This document shows positions 18,334 to 27,124 of a stretch of DNA of 64,000 nt, piece after piece. The DNA is taken from the sequence record OR352942.1; one strand, written 5' to 3'. Position 1 is the stretch's first letter. Every line of letters starts with the position of its first letter. The notes beneath the pieces were generated by a model that was given only the letters and a program-made list of their open reading frames with translations, did no database searches and was not told the DNA's origin. The DNA is from Escherichia phage AV112. The translations under genes were made by a program, and so were the position numbers.

Positions 18334-18790
18334 CGAGATAAAAACTAGCAGGTTCAGAGAATGTTTCTAGTGCTACGCCTTTTGTCTTAAAAAATTTCCA
18401 AATAGCTCGTTGCAAATGGATTAAATCTGCTAATGATGTAATAAAGTATTTTTTAGCAAAATACTTATGGTCTCGTTTTTCAAACAAATCTAAACGCTTT
18501 TCTGGATTCACATAAACGGCATTTTCCGTAGATTCATAACCTAAGTCCTTTATGCCTTCTTCAAGACTAAATGGAGAATTTTTAGAATGAGTAATAGCTC
18601 CAACTCGCTCTACACGAATTTTGTAACCTTTAGGAATCTGCAATTTGCAGAATTCTTCTACGATATATTGCGGATTATTTAGACTTTTGTTAATGAGAAT
18701 AGCTATTTCTAGTGGAGTCTTATCTTCTACTGGTATATGTTTAAACGACTTGGCTTCAAGCAAATACATTTTAAATAACATAGCATCCAT
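18326..18790 (-). CDS. hypothetical protein (154 aa); Mrh position
   Basis: ORF between soc and modB where T4 has mrh; no motif recognised. Confidence 0.4.
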   Translation of the reverse strand: MDAMLFKMYLLEAKSFKHIPVEDKTPLEIAILINKSLNNPQYIVEEFCKLQIPKGYKIRVERVGAITHSKNSPFSLEEGIKDLGYESTENAVYVNPEKRLDLFEKRDHKYFAKKYFITSLADLIHLQRAIWKFFKTKGVALETFSEPASFYLGE

Positions 18791-18996
18791 TATAATTTCC
18801 TCGATGGTTCACCCATATAAAGTTTTACAATACGTTCGCCTTCATCTTCGATGAGCTTCTCTTCGTGTTTCTGGAATTCTTTAGCCATATTCTCTTCAAG
18901 AACATCCAGCCAATCTTCCGGACCGACACCATCGTCCCAGCTTTTAAACCATCTTACCACTCTGTTCATTCGCAGCTCCCTGAGCTTGAACCACAA
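18790..18996 (-). CDS. hypothetical protein (68 aa)
   Basis: ORF-track ORF. Confidence 0.35.
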   Translation of the reverse strand: MWFKLRELRMNRVVRWFKSWDDGVGPEDWLDVLEENMAKEFQKHEEKLIEDEGERIVKLYMGEPSRKL

Positions 18997-19166
18997 TCAG
19001 AATAACTTGTCCCAGAATCACCAGGCCAAGACGATACGTATGAATGATTATAATCGGAAGAGCTTGAAGCATTAACCTGTTTTGTTTTTGGACGAACAAC
19101 TTCTTCCATCATTCCGTCGCCGATATATTCCCAACTTTTTTCGTGTGTATCAGGAATAGGCATCAT
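18966..19166 (-). CDS. hypothetical protein with Ser-rich, Cys-containing C-terminus (about 66 aa; start at MMPIPD)
   Basis: The ORF-track ORF 18966..19289 overlaps the upstream gene; internal ATG at 19166 follows its stop with a GAAGG Shine-Dalgarno. Confidence 0.35.
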   Translation of the reverse strand: MMPIPDTHEKSWEYIGDGMMEEVVRPKTKQVNASSSSDYNHSYVSSWPGDSGTSYSDCGSSSGSCE

Positions 19167-19179
19167 ACCTTCGCCTGGT

Positions 19180-19407
19180 TTAACAGCAAACAACTTCTTC
19201 AGCATCGTAAGCATTAATTGTTCCTCGAACAAAACGAACACCACCATCGTCCCAACGGATTTCGGCGTTAAATTTGACGTCTTCACCATCCATCATGAAT
19301 GAGTGTACGACTACATCATCGTAATATCCAAGACCGTATTTCAACGAAACTTCTTGAGCAATCAAAGCACCTAATGTGTTATTAGGTTTAATCCAACGAT
19401 TTAACAT
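19180..19407 (-). CDS. hypothetical protein (about 75 aa; start at MLNRW)
   Basis: ORF-track start 19476 lies in the promoter/terminator region; ATG at 19407 has a GAGGAG Shine-Dalgarno. Confidence 0.4.
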   Translation of the reverse strand: MLNRWIKPNNTLGALIAQEVSLKYGLGYYDDVVVHSFMMDGEDVKFNAEIRWDDGGVRFVRGTINAYDAEEVVCC

Positions 19408-19465
19408 ATTGTTCTCCTCTTGAGTAAGTAAGAATATCTTAACACAGTTTTTAGTGTTTGTAAAC
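19408..19465 (-). promoter_or_regulatory. early promoter cassette
   Basis: Minus strand GTTTAC-N18-TAAGAT; inverted repeat ACAGTTT/AAACTGT. Confidence 0.4.
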
Positions 19466-19472
19466 TGTAGAA

Positions 19473-19498
19473 ACAAAAAAAGGAATCCCGAAGGATTC
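19473..19498 (-). terminator. rho-independent terminator downstream of soc
   Basis: Minus strand AGGAATCC-ttcg-GGATTCCT followed by TTTTTTTG. Confidence 0.65.
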
Positions 19499-19508
19499 CT
19501 TAAATTAT

Positions 19509-19745
19509 TTAACCACTTACTGGTGTAGGGGTAAACATTGCAGCATTCTTAGTTTTCCAATCAGCTGCATCAGAAACTACAGTAGAATATGCTGCCTTTT
19601 CTGATGGAAAGATTTGGTAATGAGAATCTGCAATCCGATGTTCGTTTGAATAAATCTCAAACGGCACAGAAACTTCCATACCTTTAACTTCTTTGCCTTC
19701 ACCAGCAGGATGCGTAAAGGTTTTGATGTTTACATAACCACCCAT
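19509..19745 (-). CDS. soc: small outer capsid protein Soc (78 aa)
   Basis: Sequence GYVNIKTF...YQIFPSEKAAYSTV matches my recollection of T4 Soc; preceded by a late promoter. Confidence 0.8.
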   Translation of the reverse strand: MGGYVNIKTFTHPAGEGKEVKGMEVSVPFEIYSNEHRIADSHYQIFPSEKAAYSTVVSDAADWKTKNAAMFTPTPVSG

Positions 19746-19776
19746 AATTAACTCCTTTGTTGTTTAATTACAGGTG

Positions 19777-19784
19777 TATTTATA
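19777..19784 (-). promoter_or_regulatory. T4-type late promoter (TATAAATA) for soc
   Basis: Plus strand tatttata is TATAAATA on the minus strand, about 32 nt upstream of the soc ATG; the only exact match I found in the window. Confidence 0.6.
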
Positions 19785-19790
19785 ACTTAA

Positions 19791-20312
19791 TCAGTAACCA
19801 TTATCCTGGCGTTCAAAGTTGTGTTGGTTTTTCAAGTAGTAAAGTTTAAAGATTTCTTCAGCGGAAAGACCCAGACCTTGGAACATGTTCAGGACAAAGT
19901 GGAGGATATCAATCATCTCGAATTTAATTTCAAGCTGGTCTTCAGGAGACAGTTCATCGATACGACGATTTCGATATTCAGCATGTTGAGCTTTCCAAGG
20001 CTTCCATACAGAGCTAGCGGCTTTTTCACCATTGCTCATACCACCAAGTGAAGTCAACAGTTCACGGAATTCATCATCAATATAATCTTTCTGATTACGC
20101 AGCCAATCAACAACATCGCCAGCAGTGGCTAATTCATCAGGATGTTTGTTATGTTCAGGCTTGTCATTTGCCAGACGAACCTGTAAAGATTTCTGCATAT
20201 CAAGCATTACCTGCAGAGGGTCTTTATCTTCGTGAATCAGAGCATTAAAATAAGCTTCTTCTGCTTTATCAACACCAGAAATAAGTTGTGAACATTCGTT
20301 AAAGTGTGCCAT
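19791..20312 (-). CDS. 56: dCTP pyrophosphatase (dCTPase/dUTPase, MazG-like), about 173 aa
   Basis: Position next to soc; size close to T4 gp56; ATG at 20312 (MAHF) with AAGGAA Shine-Dalgarno, the ORF-track start being an upstream TTG. Confidence 0.75.
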   Translation of the reverse strand: MAHFNECSQLISGVDKAEEAYFNALIHEDKDPLQVMLDMQKSLQVRLANDKPEHNKHPDELATAGDVVDWLRNQKDYIDDEFRELLTSLGGMSNGEKAASSVWKPWKAQHAEYRNRRIDELSPEDQLEIKFEMIDILHFVLNMFQGLGLSAEEIFKLYYLKNQHNFERQDNGY

Positions 20313-20402
20313 TATTTTTCCTTTCAATTCAGTATAAGAGAGTTTAATTCTAACATTAATTTTATAAAGCGTAATAAATAATAAGGTAACTAAGGAGATA
20401 TT

Positions 20403-20600
20403 ATGTTTAAACTTCCATCGTTAATCAACGCTATTAAAGGCAATAAAAAGAAAACTGCTATCGCTGCAATAGTTGTAGGTGGCATTATTTCATGGAACTT
20501 CGGGATTGCGCCATTGTTAGTTGCCCATGGTGTTATGGTTCCTTCTGTTCCATTGGATACTGTAGTTGATTTGGCCTTTGCTATTATAGGGCTTGTCTAA
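20403..20600 (+). CDS. small two-helix membrane protein (65 aa); only convincing plus-strand gene in the window
   Basis: Strong TAAGGAG Shine-Dalgarno 5 nt before ATG at 20403; hydrophobic sequence; stop converges on and overlaps the gene 61 stop. Confidence 0.45.
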   Translation: MFKLPSLINAIKGNKKKTAIAAIVVGGIISWNFGIAPLLVAHGVMVPSVPLDTVVDLAFAIIGLV

Positions 20601-21619
20601 ATCTTAGAATAACGAGATAATCTCATTTTAGCATGCAACCCACTTGAAATATTCTGTTTCATATATTCTAAAATTTCTTGTGGTGTTGCATTTTCTTTCA
20701 TTACCATATCATTCACATCCTTTGATCTCCACGGAGCTCGGTCCCAGAACATGACACGTTCGCCTGCATCAACTAATCGCTTCATGCGAGCTATAGTATC
20801 CGGATGCCTAGGTTCATTATCCATTACCCATACCCGACGTTCTTTAAATGGTACAACATCTAAATCTATTGAGCCGCCTGTAATAGCGATTGCATTGGGT
20901 ATGAATAAACTATCAATAGGGCCTTCCATTACCCAGACGTCTCCTTCCTTAACACGTTCAACACCATAAATTTTTGTTGCAGACTCAAACGCTTTAATAG
21001 TGATATATTTCTGAGGAGCATCTTTACGAAGTGCACGTCCTTGGAATGACTCAGCCTTCCCGTCTTTATTAAAAATAGGAATCACTAAACGTGGTTCGGG
21101 AATCTCTTTTTTATATGTACCGGGTTGAATCTTGTTGACCAATTTAGGCCATTCTAATGTGAACCATAATCTGTTCCATGATTCTTTAGGAATGCATCGA
21201 GACTTAACATATTTCACAATAGGATGCTCTTCAGGCAGCTTGTCCAGACGAGAACAAGACGGCAAAGAATTTATAGTCTTTTTCTCTGGTTCTGGTTTAT
21301 GTTCAGGAACCTTTTCAATCTTTGGTTCCATTCTAGCTTTTTCTTTACGAACTTCCATTAGATATTCGCGATAAAGCTCTTCATCATACTCTTTTAAGTA
21401 TCCGGAAATTGTATTGTGGTATTGACAATTATAGCAATGTACATTACCAGGAGTACCGCCATAATACCATCCGCGAGCTTTCATTGCATCTGTCTGGGAG
21501 TCGCCACAAACTGGACATCGAAACGTTAATTTAAATGTGCTTGAATTATTGATTTGTCTAAAACGAGGTAGGTGAGAAAACGCACGATAAGCAAATTCAT
21601 TATCTATCCATTCAGCCAT
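20597..21619 (-). CDS. 61: DNA primase (340 aa)
   Basis: N-terminal zinc ribbon CPVCGDS...CYNC and Toprim-like core; size of T4 gp61. Confidence 0.85.
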   Translation of the reverse strand: MAEWIDNEFAYRAFSHLPRFRQINNSSTFKLTFRCPVCGDSQTDAMKARGWYYGGTPGNVHCYNCQYHNTISGYLKEYDEELYREYLMEVRKEKARMEPKIEKVPEHKPEPEKKTINSLPSCSRLDKLPEEHPIVKYVKSRCIPKESWNRLWFTLEWPKLVNKIQPGTYKKEIPEPRLVIPIFNKDGKAESFQGRALRKDAPQKYITIKAFESATKIYGVERVKEGDVWVMEGPIDSLFIPNAIAITGGSIDLDVVPFKERRVWVMDNEPRHPDTIARMKRLVDAGERVMFWDRAPWRSKDVNDMVMKENATPQEILEYMKQNISSGLHAKMRLSRYSKI

Positions 21620-21658
21620 AGTATTCTCCAGAGGCCTTAAATTAATAAGGCCATCATA

Positions 21659-22153
21659 TCACAACTTATTAATATTTACTTTAATTCGCTTTCTTTTCTT
21701 GGAAGGAATTTGTTCTGGACCTTTATTTACGACTGCACCTGTAGTTGTTCCTGATGCAATAGCTTGAGGACTACCGCCTGAATCACCAGCAACCATATCC
21801 TCAAATAAAGGGAGTTCTTTAAATATTTCTTTCTGTTGTTCTTCCGTAATGTTATAGCGTGAAGCTACAGCACTCCAGGCAGACATCATTGAGGCCATTC
21901 CATTAAGACCTGGAACAGTGCTCATCATTCGCTTCATTGAACGAACTGACGCATGAAAAGGTGTATACGCAGCTTTCTCTTCGGGAGTAGAAGGACGTTT
22001 AAGAACACTTCCACGTTCATCGATGATTTTGGCTTCGTATGCTTTCCATTCGGTAAAAGGTTTTTGCATTAGTCGAATAAACTTATATGCATAAACAGAA
22101 TCTATTGCAGTGTTAATAATACCCATAGGTACCTCCTGAGTATATTTAATCAA
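21659..22153 (-). CDS. hypothetical protein (164 aa), 61.1 position
   Basis: ORF-track ORF. Confidence 0.4.
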   Translation of the reverse strand: MIKYTQEVPMGIINTAIDSVYAYKFIRLMQKPFTEWKAYEAKIIDERGSVLKRPSTPEEKAAYTPFHASVRSMKRMMSTVPGLNGMASMMSAWSAVASRYNITEEQQKEIFKELPLFEDMVAGDSGGSPQAIASGTTTGAVVNKGPEQIPSKKRKRIKVNINKL

Positions 22154-22343
22154 TTACAAAGATTGCTTTGTCACCATTTATATCTGTGACTTCATACGTA
22201 GTGCCTTCATACTGCGGAATATTCCAAATTACACCATCATTAGCTTTTACGCTAATATGGTATTGGTGTTTTGAAACAACTTCATAATCTTCAAAACTTG
22301 TAAAAACACTAATTTTAGAACCAGTGCAAATTGCAGTAGTCAT
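22146..22343 (-). CDS. hypothetical protein (65 aa)
   Basis: ORF-track ORF. Confidence 0.35.
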   Translation of the reverse strand: MTTAICTGSKISVFTSFEDYEVVSKHQYHISVKANDGVIWNIPQYEGTTYEVTDINGDKAIFVID

Positions 22344-22344
22344 T

Positions 22345-23004
22345 TTAACCTCGATTCATAAATGCATTAAATATTTGGTCATCAACAGAAATTTCTAATT
22401 CGACTTCAATTGCTTCAGCCTTTTCTTCAGGTGGTAATTCGTATCCACACACTACAATTTTTTCATCGATATCAAAATATACAGAAGCAATATGATTAAT
22501 GTTATTTTCGGTTAAGTCTAAATCAACATCAACATCTTTTTGACCTACACTTAAAGGATAACTAATACGGGTTATTTTATTATCTTTAACAAAGAGTCCA
22601 CCGACATACTCTGTGCTATGTTTGAAGCTTACACGTTTCCGAAATGAAAGATATGATGCATCTTTACCGTGAGCTCGGCTCATAGGACATAATGAATAGC
22701 TAGAATAAGAGATGTCAAATCCTACACCTTCAATATGAGCCAACGTGTCATGATTAAACCAATTATAATCATATGCCAAATCCATTATATTGTAATACGT
22801 GAAAGGCACCGGATTAACATCATACGTTGTACCTTTAAAATCTGCCCAGGCAACGATTTCGTTATCTTTAACAATTACAAAAATTACACCAATATGGTAT
22901 CCATTATTATTTTCGTTCGGCGTTATATTATAACATTGTGCATTAGGAAATTTACCATATTTAAATGGTGCGTTTTTGTGCATGTAATAAATCATATTAT
23001 TCAC
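22345..23004 (-). CDS. hypothetical protein (219 aa)
   Basis: ORF-track ORF. Confidence 0.4.
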   Translation of the reverse strand: MNNMIYYMHKNAPFKYGKFPNAQCYNITPNENNNGYHIGVIFVIVKDNEIVAWADFKGTTYDVNPVPFTYYNIMDLAYDYNWFNHDTLAHIEGVGFDISYSSYSLCPMSRAHGKDASYLSFRKRVSFKHSTEYVGGLFVKDNKITRISYPLSVGQKDVDVDLDLTENNINHIASVYFDIDEKIVVCGYELPPEEKAEAIEVELEISVDDQIFNAFMNRG

Positions 23005-23290
23005 CTGTGATTTCGGTTACGATATCTTTGTTATCGAAATTAGGGTCACAATACAAAACATAATTGTACTGCATGATACCACCAGACTTAAGTTGTTCAA
23101 CAACTTTATTAACCATATTAGGACGGTCTCGTTTAGTGATGTTCATAATATCAGAGAAGATTTGTTGTTCAACATCTTCTTGATTTGCAGTCATTGACCA
23201 CTCACAGAGGTCTTTATCATAACCTGCCGTAACTGGAGCTGGTGCGCATGATACTGCAAGTAAGATTGCTGCCAATGATAACTTTTTCAT
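22997..23290 (-). CDS. sp: Spackle-like periplasmic protein with signal peptide/lipobox (97 aa)
   Basis: Signal peptide MKKLSLAAILLAVSC; motifs AGYDKDLCEWSMT and QYNYVLYCD as I recall for T4 Sp; 97 aa; position between 61 and 41. Confidence 0.55.
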   Translation of the reverse strand: MKKLSLAAILLAVSCAPAPVTAGYDKDLCEWSMTANQEDVEQQIFSDIMNITKRDRPNMVNKVVEQLKSGGIMQYNYVLYCDPNFDNKDIVTEITGE

Positions 23291-23349
23291 TTTAACTCCT
23301 TAGTTGATTTGATAGGACTACTATACCATAGTCCATCTATAATGTAAAC
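23291..23349 (-). promoter_or_regulatory. PeSL-like early promoter/stem-loop cassette upstream of sp
   Basis: Minus strand GTTTAC-N18-TATAGT; inverted repeat TAGGACTA/TAGTCC; GGAG Shine-Dalgarno. Confidence 0.5.
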
Positions 23350-23353
23350 AACT

Positions 23354-23602
23354 TTATTCTTTTTCGCGAATAATAATTACTTGTTGAGGCTGCTGGGCAG
23401 ATTTCTTTTCGGCAACGATAGACCAAATTAAAGTTCCAATCCAACCAATCATCGTCCAGTTAAAGAGTAAAGATATAAAGAAGATTGCTGTTGTGCTTTT
23501 TGTGCCACGAATAAGTGCGATTACCCAAGGCAACATGTAAATGATGATTGAACCAATACCTGCGATTAAAACTGCTACTGAACTAGCTACGAATAATTCC
23601 AT
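23354..23602 (-). CDS. small membrane protein (82 aa, two or three TM helices)
   Basis: Hydrophobic sequence. Confidence 0.4.
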   Translation of the reverse strand: MELFVASSVAVLIAGIGSIIIYMLPWVIALIRGTKSTTAIFFISLLFNWTMIGWIGTLIWSIVAEKKSAQQPQQVIIIREKE

Positions 23603-23663
23603 GTTAATTTCCTCTTGATTTGTTATGTTTATAATATCTTGTTTTAACTTTGGTGTAAACCAA

Positions 23664-24032
23664 TTAATTAAATTTGTTTAAACGTTCAATACACTGGACG
23701 TAGTTATTTGCGATTTGTTTCTGGGTGGGCTCTTTACCAGTTGTTTCAACATAGCGAATGAATGCGATTTCAGTAGCCTGTAGACAATGTTCTTTAACGC
23801 GTTGTTCTTTTGACAATGCTACAGTATCAGAGTCACGATAACGTTGAGCATGGGCATCAGCTTGAATCATTCGATTACCTACAGTAACCGGGTCTTCCAC
23901 TTCAACTTTAGGTTGGTCATACTGTTTAACATTCGGATTGTAAATCAGTTGGCCAACGTTATTAGGGATAAAGCCATGGGCACCACATCCGGTTAATCCA
24001 AATACCATTGCTAAAGCGATTAATTTTTTCAT
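23664..24032 (-). CDS. putative lipoprotein (122 aa)
   Basis: Signal peptide with lipobox LTGC. Confidence 0.45.
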   Translation of the reverse strand: MKKLIALAMVFGLTGCGAHGFIPNNVGQLIYNPNVKQYDQPKVEVEDPVTVGNRMIQADAHAQRYRDSDTVALSKEQRVKEHCLQATEIAFIRYVETTGKEPTQKQIANNYVQCIERLNKFN

Positions 24033-24090
24033 TTCAATTTCCTCTGTAGTTGATAGAAAGATAGTAACACAGTATGTGGTGCTTGTAAAC
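24033..24090 (-). promoter_or_regulatory. PeSL-like early promoter cassette
   Basis: Minus strand GTTTAC-N18-TACTAT; GAGGA Shine-Dalgarno. Confidence 0.45.
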
Positions 24091-24092
24091 AG

Positions 24093-24350
24093 TTATTTTA
24101 AACTTTTGCGAAATTTGCGTTTTTCTTGACGAATCTGTCGTTTAGTCGGACGTACAGCAAATTTAACGAAGTCCACTTTGCCGTGTGGAAACTTTTCAGA
24201 TGCTTCACAGTCCATCATTAGTTCCCATCCTTCCAGAATAAGAGCTTTCCATTGTGTAGTTGATGCAAATTCGTATGTTGATGGTTTAAACACAGTTGAA
24301 TACATATTATCCTCTGAAATCAGCTTCAAAAACTTTCTCGTCATTAACAA
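24093..24350 (-). CDS. hypothetical protein (85 aa)
   Basis: ORF-track ORF. Confidence 0.35.
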   Translation of the reverse strand: MLMTRKFLKLISEDNMYSTVFKPSTYEFASTTQWKALILEGWELMMDCEASEKFPHGKVDFVKFAVRPTKRQIRQEKRKFRKSLK

Positions 24351-24498
24351 ATGCTTTAACTAATGCGTTGTTCACTTCAGCAAGTTGTACCGTAACCCAC
24401 TCGATTTCTTCGCGATCACCTGATAACATAATATCTTTAGTGAACATCTCGCCGCTTTTAAACCAACCTATAAAAGTAACTTTAGTTAATTTGCTCAT
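24307..24498 (-). CDS. dmd: Dmd antitoxin-like protein (about 63 aa; start at MSKLTK)
   Basis: Sequence FIGWFKSGEMFTKDIM...AEVNNALVKAFVNDEKVFEADFRG closely resembles T4 Dmd as recalled; position upstream of 41. Confidence 0.65.
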   Translation of the reverse strand: MSKLTKVTFIGWFKSGEMFTKDIMLSGDREEIEWVTVQLAEVNNALVKAFVNDEKVFEADFRG

Positions 24499-24812
24499 AT
24501 TTCCTCGCAAAATGCCCATTCAGCGTGATAAACTGTAGCACCTTTAGTATCATTCATTTGAACTACGTCTACCGGAGAAATTACTCGATAGAGACGTGGT
24601 TCACCTCCATAAGAGCGTGCTGCTCGTCCTGCATAAATCTTTGCTAAACCGATATCTTCAGTAAAGAATACACGATCCAAGTTTTTCTTACGTCCAGTTT
24701 CAGACAGAACTCCTGTTTCCTCAGGAGGACAAAGCATGTTTTCGATGTTAGCTGAACTACTTGAACCGTGATAAAAAATCTTAAATTCTGCTTTACAATC
24801 GATGGTTTTCAT
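24495..24812 (-). CDS. hypothetical protein (105 aa)
   Basis: ORF directly downstream of a PeSL cassette. Confidence 0.4.
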   Translation of the reverse strand: MKTIDCKAEFKIFYHGSSSSANIENMLCPPEETGVLSETGRKKNLDRVFFTEDIGLAKIYAGRAARSYGGEPRLYRVISPVDVVQMNDTKGATVYHAEWAFCEEI

Positions 24813-24868
24813 TTTGTTCTCCAGTAGTTGATAGGTCTATAATAACACAACTACTGGAGAAGTAAACT
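24813..24868 (-). promoter_or_regulatory. PeSL-like early promoter/stem-loop cassette
   Basis: Minus strand GTTTAC-N17-TATTAT; perfect 12-bp inverted repeat CTCCAGTAGTTG (24819-24830) / CAACTACTGGAG (24848-24859); 31-bp core identical to 58491-58521. Confidence 0.55.
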
Positions 24869-25242
24869 TAAAAACGTAATTTAGATACGTCTGCGTTGAT
24901 TTCGTTTTGGTTTGCGTCGTATGCAATTAAACGAACCGCTTTAGATTGGTCATTCAATGCATAGAAATGATGGAACATTGCTCGAACGATATCACCATTT
25001 ACGAGTTCTACCTGGATAGGAGAACCTTTTTCGAGTTGGAAATGTTCATAAGCTTTGATGGTTCGCAGATAATCAAGTTTTTGATTTCCGGCTCCAACAA
25101 TTTGTACGATACGTTTGCCCATGTTTTCCATACGAGATACAATAGTTTTAGGAGCAAGAATAACGTAGGTTGCCAGCGGAGAAACTACTTCAACAGTTGT
25201 GTTTTCGGTGATTGCAGTAAAAATTGCTTGAGACATATTCAT
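24868..25242 (-). CDS. hypothetical protein (124 aa)
   Basis: ORF-track ORF. Confidence 0.4.
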   Translation of the reverse strand: MNMSQAIFTAITENTTVEVVSPLATYVILAPKTIVSRMENMGKRIVQIVGAGNQKLDYLRTIKAYEHFQLEKGSPIQVELVNGDIVRAMFHHFYALNDQSKAVRLIAYDANQNEINADVSKLRF

Positions 25243-25301
25243 AATGTTTTCCTCTTGGTTTGTGTAAGTACATCATATCATGCCTAGAGGAAGATGTAAA
25301 C
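25243..25301 (-). promoter_or_regulatory. early promoter cassette
   Basis: Minus strand GTTTAC-N18-TATGAT; GAGGA Shine-Dalgarno. Confidence 0.45.
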
Positions 25302-25305
25302 CCCG

Positions 25306-25330
25306 AAAGGAGACCGAAGTCTCCTTTTTG
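25306..25330 (-). terminator. UUCG-tetraloop hairpin immediately downstream of gene 41
   Basis: Minus strand AAAGGAGAC-ttcg-GTCTCCTTT. Confidence 0.5.
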
Positions 25331-26773
25331 TTAAAATTTTAACTCATTGGCTAAGCTATCTAGGTCAGCACGTGTTGCTTTGGCTTTACCTACGCGTTCC
25401 GTACGATTCGCCTCTGCCTGACGCATCTGAGCACCTGCGTTTTCATTTACTGTGTTAGGTGTGTTCATGCCTTCTTGCTCAATCTCAACCCATTTCTGGT
25501 TGCCTTTGCGTACACCCATCAGGAATTTATTCCACTTATTCTTATCGCCGTATCGTGATTTGATTTGTTTGATAAGTTGTTGTTCAGCTTGTGCAAGTTC
25601 TTCGGTTTCAATTACGGCCAACATGAAATCTGCTGTTGCTGGTAAACCTGCTGATTCTGCAATATCACTCATGTTCATATCCGAAGCATCCCATGCTGCA
25701 CGTCCTACTTGAGCTGCAGTCCATAGAACTGTTTCAGATTCTACTGCTAATGCACGAAGTTCTTCTGCGATAGCTTTAACTAATGTGTAGCTATTTTCAG
25801 TGTAAACTCTGATACGACAAGACCCACAAATACCTAAGTAATCAACCATGATTACAGATGGCACAAAGTTCTTCTTGAGTTTCAATTCATTAAGCAATGC
25901 ACGGAATGTATTAGCATTAGCTCCGCCAGTAGGATACTGTTTAACTACTAAACGTCCTAATGTGGATTTTGAACGCCATTTTTCCATCTTGGCTTTATAT
26001 TCAGCATAAGATACGTTACCATCATCAATATCATCAAGTGATACGTCAAGCATGTTTGCATCTATACGCTTAGCGCAAACTTCTTCGGCCATTTCCATGG
26101 AAATATAAAGAACATTATGACCTGTTTGAAGATAATCTGCAGCAAGTGAACAAAGGCCTAAAGATTTACCAACGTTAACACCAGCCATTAAAACGTTTAG
26201 TGTACCAGTTTCAGCACCACCTTTAGTGATTTTATTCAGAATGTTTAATTTGAACGGGACCTTACGTGCTTTGTTCAGATAAGAAAGCCAGCGTGCTTCA
26301 TAGTCTTCCATCCAGTCATGTCCAACATAACTATCAAACGAAATTGAAAGTGCTTGACGCATAATATCAGGAATAGCTCCTACGTCAGGCATTTTCTTGT
26401 TACGTTGTTCTGGAGGTAGTTCAGCATTAGACTGAATCTCAATGATTTTGGACGTAGCGTTATACATCGCTTTTTGCTGGACGTATTTCTCAGTTTCTTT
26501 AACCAACCATTCGTGGTCTTCAGGAGTATCAGCCAATTTTTCAATTAGGTCTGAAGTTCCTTTATATTCAGCTTCAGTTAAAGAACTGTTATCTAAAGCC
26601 ACCTTTAATGCATTTATAGACGGCATTGCATTATATTCGTTAACGTGGCTCTTTATAATTTTAAAGACATTTTTTGCCGGTCCACGCTCAAAATACTCAG
26701 AATCCATATAAGGCCAGACCTTAGAAAAATAAGCCTGGTCATATACTAGATGAGACAAAATAATTTCTACCAC
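25331..26773 (-). CDS. 41: replicative DNA helicase (DnaB-like), 480 aa
   Basis: RecA-like core with Walker A GVNVGKS; size and position as T4 gp41. Confidence 0.9.
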   Translation of the reverse strand: MVEIILSHLVYDQAYFSKVWPYMDSEYFERGPAKNVFKIIKSHVNEYNAMPSINALKVALDNSSLTEAEYKGTSDLIEKLADTPEDHEWLVKETEKYVQQKAMYNATSKIIEIQSNAELPPEQRNKKMPDVGAIPDIMRQALSISFDSYVGHDWMEDYEARWLSYLNKARKVPFKLNILNKITKGGAETGTLNVLMAGVNVGKSLGLCSLAADYLQTGHNVLYISMEMAEEVCAKRIDANMLDVSLDDIDDGNVSYAEYKAKMEKWRSKSTLGRLVVKQYPTGGANANTFRALLNELKLKKNFVPSVIMVDYLGICGSCRIRVYTENSYTLVKAIAEELRALAVESETVLWTAAQVGRAAWDASDMNMSDIAESAGLPATADFMLAVIETEELAQAEQQLIKQIKSRYGDKNKWNKFLMGVRKGNQKWVEIEQEGMNTPNTVNENAGAQMRQAEANRTERVGKAKATRADLDSLANELKF

Positions 26774-26782
26774 GATAACTCC

Positions 26783-27124
26783 TTAAAAGAATTTAAATTT
26801 TTTCTTGGTCCGTTCATTAAAAGCTTGTTGTACTTGCATTGTAACACATTTTTCAACATGCGGTGCAAGTTCTGCTTTTCTGTCCTGGTCAAGAACTGCA
26901 AAGTCCATTACGATTTTACCATCAACCCAGTCTAGTTTTGTAATATAGACTATATGATGAGAACCATCTTCAAGTGTAATCAGAATCTCTTGAATGACAT
27001 TTTCCATTGCTGAACGGATAATTTTAAGAGATTCATTAAACACTCGTTCTTTGCGAATGTCTTCCCCTTCCGAAGAAGGGGATTCATCAACGATTTCTAG
27101 ATTTAAATCATCGAGATTATTCAT
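26783..27124 (-). CDS. 40: gp40-like protein (about 113 aa; start at MNNLDD overlapping the uvsX stop)
   Basis: Position between uvsX and 41 as in T4; call by synteny only. Confidence 0.45.
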   Translation of the reverse strand: MNNLDDLNLEIVDESPSSEGEDIRKERVFNESLKIIRSAMENVIQEILITLEDGSHHIVYITKLDWVDGKIVMDFAVLDQDRKAELAPHVEKCVTMQVQQAFNERTKKKFKFF

